Source: an uncultured Phycisphaerales bacterium (GTDB taxonomy: Bacteria > Planctomycetota > Phycisphaerae > Tepidisphaerales > Tepidisphaeraceae). From it: a stretch of DNA of 64,000 bases. Below are positions 33,480-45,085 of the stretch, piece after piece. The notes under the pieces were generated by a model. It worked only from the letters and a program-made list of their open reading frames with translations, had not been told where the DNA came from and made no database searches. The translations under genes were made by a program, and so were the position numbers. The stretch is from the NCBI GenBank assembly GCA_963755915.1, contig CAVWLP010000002.1, positions 1,504,001-1,568,000 on the forward strand. The letters run 5' to 3'. Position 1 is the stretch's first letter, and every line of letters starts with the position of its first letter.

Positions 33480-36400
33480 ATGACTCGTTCTCGCATCGGC
33501 GATGGATTGGTTCGTTGGGATACGTATCGCTTGCGCCGAGACAGGTATCGTCGCCGCACCAAGGCGGTCGCCAACGCCGTCATTGAGGCGCTTGAGCTGC
33601 GGGTATTGCTATCGACTTTCTACGTTACCAGCACTGCCGACAACGGCTATTCGAATACCCTGCCGGTGGGGCTGGCGGAAGCCAGCGGAAACACGACGAT
33701 CGATTTTTATCTTCCAGGGTATTCCACCATCTTATTGACCTCGGGTGTGCCGTTGACGGTAGATGACCCGACGGGGACGGTGACGATCAACGGTCCGGGG
33801 AGCAGTTTGCTGACGATAAGCGGGGATAATCTCTGCCAGGACTTCATTGTCGACACGCCGCTGGTGATCGATGGGGTCACAATCAGCGGAGGGAAAGGGG
33901 GAAGCAGCAAAGGAGGCGCGTTCGATGACCCCTCATCATCGCTCACGGTAAGTGGGTGTGTTATCAGTGGAAATACCGCGACTTCCGGTGGAGCAATCTA
34001 TGCCGGCGGAGCCACAAATATCAGCAACACCACGATTAATGACAATTCCGCCACCCTGGGCGGCGCAATCGCAAGCTACGGCTCTCTCTCTCTCAAATGT
34101 GACGATCAGCAGTTCTTCAGCGAGTTCCAATGGTGGCGGCATCTACAGCAATGGTGCGGGGTTGACGGTCAGCGGATCCACCATCTCTCACAATTCCTCC
34201 ACTCAGAACGGCGGCGGAATCTATCTGCACGATGCAACGGCGACGATCTCGTCATCCATGATCGTTTCCAATTCCATCGGCACCAACACCTTGTTTGGCG
34301 GGGGGGCCGGGGTTTGCATAAACGGCGGATCACTCAGCATTTCCAACAGTACTGTTACTGAAAACACCGGCGCGTTTGGCGGCGGTGGAATTGACTTGAA
34401 CGGCGCAAGCGTGAGTGTTGTCGATTCCCAGATCACAGATAATACCGCAGTAGATGGCGGTGGAATCTACGCCGACGGCCCAATAACCGTGACCGGCTCA
34501 ACCGTCAGCGGAAACCAGGCCAGCCGCGCGGCGCGGGAATTTACTTGAACTACATCGTCGGCCAGGGAACGTGCATCATCAGTGAGTGCACAATCAGCGG
34601 CAATATTGCTACAGGACGCGGTGGCGGTATCTACAATTACTATTCCACCACCGACATTTCGTATTCGACGCTATATGACAATTCGGCAAGTTCTGGCGCA
34701 GGTCTTTTCAATTTCTACGGTACCGCCAATGTGACCAATTCGACGATCAGCGGCAATTCCGCATCCGGCGACGGGGGCGGAATATACAACGATAATTCCC
34801 TGACAGTCACCGATTGCACCATCAGCGGCAACTCCGGATCGACGGGGGGCGGCCTCGGCGGGGGCGGAACGCTCCAGGGCACTATCGTTGCCAACAGCAG
34901 TACCCATGGCGGCGACCTGTCAGGAAGCTTCACGGGCTCATACAACTTGATCGACCAGACAACCAGTGACCTCAGCGGATCTAGCAACATTATCAATAGC
35001 CCCGCGGATCTCGCATCGCTCAATAATTACGGCGGCCCCACAGAGACAATGGCGCTTCTTCCGGACAGCCCGGCCATCGGACATGGGTCCGATTTTAATG
35101 GACCGGGCGACATACCGATTACCACCGATCAGCGCGGTTTCCCCCTCGATTCTCCAACGCCCGACATTGGAGCTTTTCAGACGCAACCAACAGCAACACT
35201 TGGCTACTACACCTTTACCGTTAACACTTCCACCGATGGTCCAGTCCAGGCAGGACAGCTTTCGCTGCGCGACGCGATCCGCCTCGCCGATGCGTACGCA
35301 AATTCCACCTCCGACACCGAAACAATCGCGTTCTCCTCGGTATCCGGCAGCATTAACCTCACCCTAGGCGCGTTGGCGATCGACAACACCGCCGGCGAAG
35401 TCACCATCCAGGGCCCCGGTTCCAATGTGCTGACAATCAACGGCGGTAACGACAGCGCCGATTTCACCGTCGCTGCCGGCTCCAAGGCATCCATCAGCGG
35501 CCTAACCATCACCGGCGGAAAAAATCTTTACACCGACAGTTTCGTTTACGGCTACGGCGGCGGAATCGAAAACAACGGAAATCTAACCATCAGTAACTCC
35601 ATTATCACTGGAAATACCGCCATATGGGGCGGCGGAATTCATTCGGCAGGATCCGGCAGTTACCTGAACATCTCCTCTTCAACGATCAGCGACAATTCCG
35701 GCGGCGGAATCTTAACCTATGGAACCGCAATTGTTTCCGATTGCACCATCACCGGAAACAGTTACGACGGTTGGGGAGGCGGGATCTATAATGGCGGAAC
35801 GCTAACCGTCACCGGAACGACCCTTAGCGGCAACTCCGCAAAATTCGGGGGGGGGATCTGCAATTTTGGATCCGCCTCCGTCACCAACTCCACTCTCTAC
35901 AACAACTATGCGACCTCTACCTTGCATGACGGCGGTGGCGAGATTCTTAACAGTTCCACCATCACAATCACCGACTGCACAATAAGCACCACATCCACTT
36001 CAAACCGCGCGTCAGGAATTACCAACGACGGGACCGCCTCACTGGAGGGGACCATTGTCGCCGTCAACAATGACGCCACCGATATTTACGGCTCCTCTGT
36101 TAACGGAACTTACGATCTCGTCACCGATGGAACCGGTGGCCTGTCAAATGACGTAGAAGACCACAATATCCTGGGATCAACTTCCGTTCCGATTGCTGCT
36201 GATCTCGCTCCCCTCACCTACAACCTCAGTCAACAAGGTAACACCGAAACAATGGCGCTCTTGTCCGACAGCCCGGCCATTGGCGCCGGAACGGTAATCA
36301 GCGGCGTCCTGTACGACCAACGCGATCTCCCCCGCCCCACAGGCAGTCCAAATCCCGACATCGGCGCTTATCAAACCCTCCCCGCCACCCTCATGATCAA

Positions 36401-39400
36401 CGGCGCCGGCGATGCCACCACCAACTCAACCTACGATCTCACCCTATCCGCACAGATGCCTTACGCTCAGCCCTGGCAGATCACAAGCTGGCAAATCAAC
36501 TGGGGCGATGGGGATACCCAAACCCTTACCGTGGGTTCAACCCTCAATCCTGGCTTCAATCCAGCTTTCGACATTGTCCCTCACACCTATTCCCTCACCT
36601 CCGGCGTAGTCGAAATAACCGCAACCGCATTTGTCGGTCTCGGCTCATTCAGCTACGCCGCCCCGGAAACCCTCACCGTCGCAATGAACTTCGCCGCCTC
36701 CGGTGTTGGAACGATTCAACCTACCCAGAGTTCTCCCTACAGTGGCACGCTCGCAACTTTCCAGGGCAACACTAGCGGAACCACCAGCGACTATTCCGCA
36801 ACCATCAACTGGGGCGACAATACCAGCTCCACCACTGGCACAATCACCTACGACGGAAACGGCAACTACGACATCACCGGCAACCACACCTTCGACCTCG
36901 AGGGAACCTTCGGTGTCCAGGTCCAGATTTCCGAGACGGACGACACCGTACAAGTCAATGACACCGCCGAAATTGCCGTCATGCCTCCGTCCACGACTCC
37001 GACGATCACAATTCCCACAAACCTCCCGGAATTCCCCGAAAACCCCGACATTCCCCGTGCCAGCTTGCCCAGTGGCATGAACTACTGGAGCCCCGACCTT
37101 TCAGGCACCGCAGGTTCAACGTCCCCCATCATCGCCGCCTCAGACCCCACCGCAGGCCCCGATCAGACCATCACCGTCACGGGCGCGCAGTTCACTGCAG
37201 ACCCAAACAGCCCCTACGATGACACCCAGTTCATCGTCTATGGCCAGACGACCTCTTCTAACGCCGTCTATACAGACGCCCAAATACAGGATCCCACAAC
37301 CAACGGGGCGCTGGTTACCCTCAGTTCATCGTTGCCCAACAATTCGATGTACCTTGTCTGGGCGCTCAACGCCAATGGTGCAAGCACGCCCATTGCCATC
37401 AATAACACCACGCCATGGTGGGTCGAGGCACCAAATGAGCCCATTGGTGATACCCAGAATGCACAAACGGTTGATGCCGATACGGGTCAGGAGCTGGCGA
37501 TCTACGGCGAAAACCTCTCCAACCTGGCAACTTCGCCTCAATCGTGGGTCTATTTGCAGACGTCAGCCTACGAAGGCGCGTGGGCAACGAATGTCCATGT
37601 CGTAAGCCCCAACGAGGTGACGTTTGACGTTCCCGACGACCTCGAGCCGGGAACTTATGAGGTGTGGATCAACAATGGCCTGGGTGGGGTATACAGTTGG
37701 GCCCAGGCTCCGACTACCGTCGATGTCGCATCGTATTCCTCTCCCTTAACTTCAACCGTTACTGCAACCATCGGCGGTACTATTACCGGCAGCACTTACA
37801 CTTTAACCGGAAACGGCAGCACGAATGACTACAACGCACTGAACGCCCTCTTGACCTCCATGGTCAGCGGCGAAACTCTGATACTCCCAGCCGGCACATT
37901 TCTCGTGGCCGACGGCTCGGACCAGACGTCCCAATTGGCTATTCCCACCGATATCAAGGATATCCAGATTGAAGGCGCCGGCCAGGGCCAGACCACGATC
38001 CTCTTTACCGGCCCCGTTGCTGACGTCGGTGGAAATCAATTTGCGTTTGGTCAGTTAGATAGAGGCGATGGAAATATCGAAATCGATAACCTGACCTTTG
38101 AGTATGACGGAGACTCTGCCTTCGGCTCGGGCCATGCATTGATTTATTTCGAGTTCAGCACCAATGTTGCGATGAATGATGTAACCGTCATTAGCAACCA
38201 GATTGATGCTTTGTGGCCCGCGGGTTCCGTCAATTTCTCCCTGACGAATTCAACCATCATAGGAAACAGCAGCTACATGTCCGGTATCACAGATCTTTAC
38301 ATGAACAATGACAACTTTTTCATGGGATATACAGCCGAGGAAGCTGCGATAACAGGCCAGGAGTTGGGATTCAGCATCACCAATTGCAACATCTACGACT
38401 ACGACGACTCCGTATTCAACGACTCCACATTCAACATTGGCGAAAAGATCGGCAATTATTCGGGCATTTCACAGGGCAGGTTCCTCGATTTCGGAGCAAC
38501 CGGGGACATGTATGCCGGCGACAACACCACCGTCAACCTCGAGGCGAATTGGCCCAATGCCGGAGAACAGCTCAACGCCGAAGGAAACCCATACGCCTAC
38601 TTTGGTTCTTATGAGAGCTCTACCGTTGAGGGCAACGGCACCCAGGAGGTGGAGATCAACACAACCAACTCCCTCCCCAACATGGTCGGTGACTGTATGA
38701 TTGTCGTCGCCGGAGACGGCTTGGGAGAGATGGAAGTCGTTACTGGGGTCAGTCTCTCAGGCAGCACCTACACCTTCACCCTCTCGGCGCCCTGGAATGA
38801 ACCGCTCGACTCCTCAAGCCAGATCGAAATTATCAGCGACAATTACAACAACGCCTTCTACGGAAATTCCCTCTCCGACGCCGTAGGCGGCAACGGCAAC
38901 TCCGGACTCGAACTCTATTCCGGCGGCTACAACATCGCCTTCACCAACAATACCGTTCAAAACACAACCACCGGGGTCGCAATCGTCGCAGTCGGCAACG
39001 GATATCAATCCGACTACTTCGTTCAGGTCATGAACAACCAAATTTACAACACCGACGTCGGCGTCGGCATCCAGCCCACCATCCAGGGCGATTCATCCAG
39101 CATGCTCAACGGCGTCGGAGTCCTCGTGAGCGACAACAGCGCAATCGGTGTCATTAATGGATTGAGTCTCATCTCGGCCGATCTTAGTTACAACCAGACG
39201 TTGCTGAGTGTCTTCCCTGTAACTCTCGCGTCTTTTAGCCACAATTTTATTGCACCCATCATTGAAACAGCCCCCGTTTTCGCCCCCAACTATGATGTCG
39301 TTCCTATCCAGCCCGGTGGGATCGTGATCCAGGGCAATAACCCCGACGTGCTCTTCTACGACAATACTATAATTGAGCCGAACGCCACCGGTGATCTCAC

Positions 39401-39479
39401 CCCTCCCTCCGGAGTTTACTATCAAGACTATGAACTCTCTGACGGCAACTGGAATGGGACCCTCGCCATTTCCGGAGCC
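33480..39479 (+). pseudogene. Giant secreted LEPRxLL protein, 5' part (beta-helix repeats, choice-of-anchor-Q-like, PKD-like and pectin-lyase-like regions); interrupted by IS21
   Basis: AGGAGG RBS; IEALELRVLLS; GGAI/GGGIYN repeats; NYGGPTETMALLPDSPAI..DQRG..PDIGAFQ; INWGDG; frameshifts ~34090 and ~34530; IS starts at 39480. Confidence 0.85.
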
Positions 39480-39601
39480 TGTCACGGGGCGCGCCAAAAC
39501 CAGCCAGGGCGGGGCGCTTCAAAACCGGCCAATGTGCTGACGTATTCTATACCGCATCCGTTCTATCCGACGCAACTGTTCCTTGAGTTATTGGTCCCCG
39601 T

Positions 39602-40492
39602 TCACGCCGTCTGGCCGGCGGATACCCCCACATCAGAAGACAACGGCGGCTCTGTCACGGTGTCTTCCGGGGGGGAGCACCCTTCATCGCCGGCGGTACT
39701 CCGCCGTCCTTTTGGATTTGTCTTTTCCGGTGTCCCGGATTGGCCTGCCGTGAGCGAAGTCGAATGGCCCCCATGCCGAAGGCGGTAGCTCTTGCCGGTG
39801 ATGTTGATGATCGTGGCGTGCTGCAGGAACCGATCCAGAATGGCCGTGGCCGCCGGCACGTCGCCGATCAGCTTGGCCCAGTCCTCCAGTGGACGGTTGC
39901 TGGTCATCATCGTCGAGCGGTTCTCGTGCCGGCGCATGACGATCTCCAGCAGGCATTCGCCGCTGCGCCGCGGAAGCTGCTTCATTCCCATGTCGTCGAT
40001 GATAAGCAGATCAGGCTTGAGATACCGGGCCAGCGTCTTGTCCTGGGCTCCCAGATCCTCGTCGCCTAAAAAGTCGCGGGCCAGGTCGAAGATGGATCGG
40101 TACAGGACCACCAAGCCGCTCTTGATCGCCTGGTGTCCGATGGCCTGGGCCAAAAACGATTTGCCCACGCCGGGCGGACCCAGCAAGAGCACGTCACGTT
40201 TGTCACGAATGAACTGGCCGGCGGCCAGATCGTGAATCTGTTTGCGTTTGATGGAGGTGTTGAAGGAGAAGTCGAACTCGTCGAGGTTTTTGGTGTCGCG
40301 GAACATCGCCGCCTTGACGCGCCGGCCGATCTGCCGGCTGGATCGGACGTTCAGTTCATCCTGAAGGATCAGTTCCAAAAACTCACTGTGGTCGAGCCGA
40401 TTGCCGGCCGCCTCGCTCAGGCGAACTTCAAGGCTGCTCGCCAGACCTGAAAGCCGAAGTTGCTTGAGCGTCTGCATCAACGAAGGTCTCAT
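39602..40492 (-). CDS. istB: IS21 helper AAA+ ATPase (outer element)
   Basis: LDEFDFSFN, GPPGVGKS Walker A, LLIIDD Walker B, TSNRP, AILDRF, GKSYRL. Confidence 0.95.
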   Translation of the reverse strand: MRPSLMQTLKQLRLSGLASSLEVRLSEAAGNRLDHSEFLELILQDELNVRSSRQIGRRVKAAMFRDTKNLDEFDFSFNTSIKRKQIHDLAAGQFIRDKRDVLLLGPPGVGKSFLAQAIGHQAIKSGLVVLYRSIFDLARDFLGDEDLGAQDKTLARYLKPDLLIIDDMGMKQLPRRSGECLLEIVMRRHENRSTMMTSNRPLEDWAKLIGDVPAATAILDRFLQHATIINITGKSYRLRHGGHSTSLTAGQSGTPEKTNPKGRRSTAGDEGCSPPEDTVTEPPLSSDVGVSAGQTA

Positions 40493-40908
40493 GGGGTGGA
40501 CTCCCTTCGGCTCTGCTCAGGGCAGGCCTGTAAAGGTTGTGCGGCAGGCAAAGCCTCCGCTTGGGTGATTGCGTCGCGTACGAACTGTCCGTAATCGGCC
40601 AGTCCGCGGATGATTGGATGTTCCTGAACAAACTCGAAGTGTTGTTGAACCGGCGCGCCGTTTTGGTGTTCGATGAGCTGCCGCAGGGAGCGCAGGTGAT
40701 ACGCGCCATGCCCCAGAGCAATCTCGCAGGCTCGTTCCACGGCCGGTCGCGGCTGCTGATTGGCCAGCGACAGCAGCCCCATCAACACGCGCACGCCTTC
40801 GATGCCGCGATGCTGAAGCATTGACTGCGCCCACTGCGTGGCGTGCGGCCCGATGCATTCGATCCGCTGGAGAAGCCAGGTCGTTCCACGCTCGATGCCG
40901 CTGATCTT
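40489..40908 (-). pseudogene. istA: IS21 transposase, 3' fragment (outer element)
   Basis: ISGIERGTTWLL..IGPHA..RGIEGVRVLMGL..HPIIRGLADY aligns by eye with the inner IstA C-terminus; stop overlaps istB start. Confidence 0.88.
40503..40527. repeat. Short REP-like element (CCCTTCGGCTCTGCTCAGGGCAGGC) inside outer istA 3' end
   Basis: Resembles the widespread CCTGAGC..CGAAGGG hairpin repeat; absent from the equivalent position of inner istA. Confidence 0.55.
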
Positions 40909-41021
40909 TGTCAGGCATCACTTAAATCACGCCACGTAACATCACTTCAAATGCCGCCATTTTGGAGAGGCGCAGATTCGGTCCGTAAGCTTCCCGGCTG
41001 CTCGCCGGTGGGAGCTTGCGG

Positions 41022-42673
41022 ATGTCGAATCGGCTCACAATGGCGGAACATCAGACAATCTTGGGACTTGCGCGACTGAACTGGTCGTATCGCCGGATCG
41101 CCGCGGAACTGGGCATCGACCGGGAGACGGTCTCTCGTCACATTAAATCCGCGGTGATCGAACCACCCGGTGCAGGTCCGCCGGATCCAGATGCCGCCAT
41201 TCTGATTGCCGGGTCCGAGGTCAGATCGGAGGCAAATGCCACCATTCCGATGACCGGGTCAATGCACGGCGAGGCGGAATCTGTCGGTTCAAATGCCGCC
41301 ATTTCGATTACCGGGTTTTCCGGCCGTCACAGCCAGTGCGAGCCATGGCGCGCCGTCATCCTTCAGGGTCTTGAGCAAGGCCTGACGGCCAAGCGTATCT
41401 GGCAGGACTTGGCTGCCGATCATGGCTTCGACGGTCCTTACCAACCGGTCCAGCGATTTGTCCAGCGGCTCAACCGTGCCGGAACCAACGGATTGCCCTA
41501 TCGGCGAATGGAATGCGCCCCCGGCGCCGAGGCCCAGGTGGACTTCGGCAAGGGCGCACCCTCGTCACACCCGACGGCAAACGAACCCGTCCCCACCTGT
41601 TCCGCATCGTGCTGAGCTGCTCGCGCAAAGCCTACAGCGAAGTGACGCCCCGGCAGACCACCGAGCAGTTCATCCGCTGCATCGAAAACGCCTTCATTCA
41701 CTTCGGCGGTGTTCCCAGAACTCTGGTGATCGACAATCTCAAAGCGGCCGTCACCCATGCCGACTGGTACGATCCCGATCTGAATCCCAAGATTCAGGAG
41801 TTCGCGCGTCACTACGGCACCGTCATTTTGCCGACGCGCCCAAGGACGCCACGGCACAAGGGAAAGATCGAACGCGGCGTCGGATACGCCCAGGGGAATG
41901 CTCTCAAGGCCCGAACCTTCAAGAGCCTTTCCGAGCAGAACCAATTCCTGGCCGAATGGGAATCGACCATCGCCGACACGCGCATTCATGGCACCACGCG
42001 CAAGCAGGTGGCGAGGATGTTCGCGGAAGTGGAGAAGCCGGCGCTATTGCCTCTTCCGCCGGGACGGTTCCCCTGTTTTCAGGAAGCCCAGCGGATCGTC
42101 AACCGTGATGGCCACGTGGAGGTGGCCAAGGCGTATTACTCGGCGCCGCCGGAGTTCCTCGGCCGGACCATCTGGGCGCGCTGGGACGGGCACGTCGTCC
42201 GGCTCTTTGATTCTCAGCTTCGGCAGGTTGCCATCCACGTTCAGCACGAGCCGGGACGCTTCGCCACCGATGATCGTCACATCGTTCCCGAGAAGCGCGG
42301 CGGGATCGAACGCGGCGCGGCCTGGTGGATGAACAAGGCCAGCGCCATCGGTCCCCACGCCGGCCAATGGGCTGAAAATGTCCTGAATTGCCGGGGGATT
42401 CACGCCTTGCGCGTGGTGATGGGGCTGGTCAGTCTCACGCATCGCCATCCCGCCAAAATGATCGAACAGGCCTGTCAGGTGGCTCAAGGGCACGGCACCC
42501 ATCGGCTGCGCGACATCCGCAATCTGCTGAAACGATCGGAATCCGCCGCGCAACAGCAACAGTTCGAGTTCGTCGCCGAGCATCCCCTGATCCGGTCGCT
42601 TTCGGATTACTCCCAACTGGTCCATGACGCTTTCGATAACACCCCCGTGGAGGCAAAGCCTCCACTTTTTTGA
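41022..42673 (+). CDS. istA: IS21 transposase (inner element; apparent frameshift ~41558)
   Basis: HTH SYRRIAAELGIDRETVSR; EAQVDFG, FGGVP..LVIDNLKAAV, KGKIERGV DDE core; RIHGTT. Confidence 0.93.
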
Positions 42674-42683
42674 AAGGAGATTT

Positions 42684-43595
42684 ATGAACGAATCGTTACG
42701 AACCGCCCTGACCCGCCTTCGGCTTTCGGGCTTGGCCTCCACCTTGGACGTGCGCTTGCAGGAAGCCGCCGGCCATCAGCTTTCCCACGGCGAGTTTTTG
42801 GAACTGGTGCTTCAGGATGAATTGCTCATTCGCAATGAACGCCTGATCGCCCGGCACGTCAAGATCGCGGGCTTTCGGGAACTCAAGACCCTCGACGAGT
42901 TCGACTTTTCCTTCAACTCGTCGGTCAAACGCAAGCAGATCTTCGAGCTGGCAACCGGCCGGTTCATCCGCGAGGCGCGGGATGTCTTGCTGATCGGGCC
43001 GCCGGGTCTGGGAAAAAGTCACATCGCCCAGGCACTGGGATACCAAGCCATCAAGAACGGATCGGTCGTGCTTTACCGCTCGATCTTCGACGTGGTGCGC
43101 GACTTCCTGCACGATGAGGCCCTCAACCAGCAGGACAAAATCATGGAGCGGTATCTCCGGCCCGATCTGCTCATCATCGACGATATGGGCATGAAGCAAT
43201 TGCCCAAACGCTCCGGCGAATATCTCTTCGAGATCATCATGCGGCGTTACCAGGTTCGCTCCACCATGATGACCAGCAACCGGCCGCTCGAAGACTGGGG
43301 CAAATTGATCGGCGACGTACCGGCCGCCACGGCAATCCTCGATCGCTTCCTGCACAACGCCGAGGTGATCGCGATCACCGGCAGAAGCTATCGGTTGCGA
43401 GACCGTGCCGCGGAGGCGAAGCCTACCGCTGAAAGCATCGAATCCACCAAACCGCGAGGACGCCGGAGTACCGGCGGCGATGAAGGGCTTTCCCCTCCGG
43501 AAGACACCGATGCCAGAAAGCCATTGTCTTCTGGCGTGGGGGTTCAGCCTGCCGAAGCGGCCTCGCCGGTAGTCAACAACTCGGCGTCAATTTGA
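42684..43595 (+). CDS. istB: IS21 helper AAA+ ATPase (inner element)
   Basis: AAGGAG RBS; GPPGLGKS, LLIIDDMG, TSNRP, AILDRF. Confidence 0.95.
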   Translation: MNESLRTALTRLRLSGLASTLDVRLQEAAGHQLSHGEFLELVLQDELLIRNERLIARHVKIAGFRELKTLDEFDFSFNSSVKRKQIFELATGRFIREARDVLLIGPPGLGKSHIAQALGYQAIKNGSVVLYRSIFDVVRDFLHDEALNQQDKIMERYLRPDLLIIDDMGMKQLPKRSGEYLFEIIMRRYQVRSTMMTSNRPLEDWGKLIGDVPAATAILDRFLHNAEVIAITGRSYRLRDRAAEAKPTAESIESTKPRGRRSTGGDEGLSPPEDTDARKPLSSGVGVQPAEAASPVVNNSASI

Positions 43596-43678
43596 AATGG
43601 GACGGTCGATTGCGATATATCGGACGTGGTGGCATTTGATCCGATGATCGGTGGTGGCATTTGAAGTGATGACTGACA

Positions 43679-44969
43679 TCTTCTCCGGCAGGATATGGGC
43701 GTCTTGCGTCGAGAACCTGCCCGGCGGACGCTGCGCGTGCAGAGCGATCGCACGCATCTTCTGATCGAACAGCCGGACCGTGCGCCCGTCCCACCGCGCC
43801 CAGACCCGCTGGCCCAAAAACTCCGGCGGGACCGAATAGTACGCCCCCTTGATCTCCACGTGCCCGTCGCGGTGAACACTGCGCAACGCCTCGGTGAAAA
43901 GATCGAATCGCACCGGCGGCAGAGCCAACAGTGCCGGCTTCTCTACCTGCTCGAAGACTTCCTTCACCTGCCGCCGCGTCGTGCCGTGGATGCGCGTGTC
44001 GGCCACGCTCTTCTCCCACGTCAGCAGATGCGCGTTCTGATCCGAGAGCGAGGCGAATTGCCGGCCTTTGAGAGCATTGCTCTTCACATAGCCGATGCCC
44101 CGCTCGATCTTCCCCTTGTGCCGCGGCGTGTACGGCTTGGTGGGCAGAATGGCGATTCCATAATGTTCGGCGAACGACCGGACCTTGGGACACAACTCCG
44201 CCTCGAACCAGTCCGCCCGCGTCACCGCCGCGCGAAGATTGTCGATCACCAGCGCTGACGGCATCCCGCCGAAGTGCGTAAAGGCATTTTCCAGACAACG
44301 CAGAAAATCATCGGTCGTCTGCCGCTCCACCGCCTCGGCGTACCCCTTGCGGCTGTGGCTCAGCACAATGCGGAAGACCCAGGTTGCTTTGCGTTTGCCG
44401 TCAGGACCGACCAGGGCGCACCCCGGCCGAAGTCCACCTGCACCTCGGCTCCCGGCTCGCATTCCATCCGGCGAAAGGGCGCCGGCGCGGCAGCCGAGAG
44501 CTTCTTGATGAACCGGCGCACGCTGTAATAGCTGCCGGCATAGCCGTGATCGCTGGAGATGTCTTGATAAATCCGCTGGGCCGTCAGCCCGGCTTCCAAC
44601 TTCTGAACAATGACCTCACGCCAGGGCGATGCCGTACTGACCGACCCGATGGGCGCACCGGATAACCCGGTGGGCGCGCTCTCCGAGCCGCCTGCGGCGA
44701 GCACCGTCGAGCCGCCTGCGGCGAGCACCGTCGAGCCGCCTGCGGCGAGCACCGTCGAGCCGCCTGCGGCGAGCACCGTCGAGCCGAGGGGCGCGCTGGC
44801 CGGTTTTGAATCCGATCCGGGCGCCGCAGGATCGCCGCCCGACAACCGGATGTGGCGTCCAACGGTCTCCCGGTGAACGCCGAGTTGGCGGGCGATGTTC
44901 CGATTGGACCAGCCGCTGCGCAAGTGCCAAAATTGCTTGTACTTCCGCCATCTTGAGTTGATTGGCCAT
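43679..44969 (-). pseudogene. istA: IS21 transposase, 5' fragment (outer element; frameshifts ~44918, ~44414)
   Basis: MANQLKMAE..WSNRNIARQLGVHRETVGR, EVQVDFG, LVIDNLRAAV, KGKIERGI; cut by the inner IS. Confidence 0.9.
44684..44786. repeat. 24-bp tandem repeat, 4 full copies plus a partial copy, in outer istA linker
   Basis: Unit CGAGCCGCCTGCGGCGAGCACCGT; encodes (STVLAAGG)x4 on the minus strand. Confidence 0.95.
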
Positions 44970-45085
44970 CCCACCATTGGCTTGCGGCAACCGCCGAAAG
45001 CCAAGGTCGATAACCCAATCTCCTGTGCCTCAAAATGGCCGGTTTTGGCGCGCCCTCAATTGGCCGGTTTTGCGCGCCCATGACA

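Larger units (their letters stand above)
40909..43678 (+). mobile_element. IS21-family element (inner), 4-bp target duplication TCTT
   Basis: Ends TGTCAGGCATCACTT... and ...AAGTGATGACTGACA with repeated CAAATGCC(G/A)CCA motifs; TCTT at 40905-40908 and 43679-43682. Confidence 0.95.
39480..45085 (-). mobile_element. IS21-family element (outer), 8-bp target duplication CCGGAGCC
   Basis: Ends TGTCACGGGGCGCGCCAAAACC... and ...GGTTTTGCGCGCCCATGACA, each with two CAAAACC(A/G)GCCA sub-repeats; TSD at 39472-39479 and 45086-45093. Confidence 0.95.

Noticed and set aside
39480-39788. C-terminus of the 1747-aa ORF (CHGARQNQ...)
   Set aside because: Read-through into the IS21 end; the real C-terminus is at 45094-45543
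41550-44420. Programmed frameshift in istA, since both copies shift at the same codon (DFG.GAP)
   Set aside because: Both are a one-C loss right after GCGC, the same signature seen in asd, accA and others; no slippery heptamer is present
44684-44786. CRISPR array
   Set aside because: Repeats are contiguous with no spacers, lie inside a transposase, and no cas genes are present
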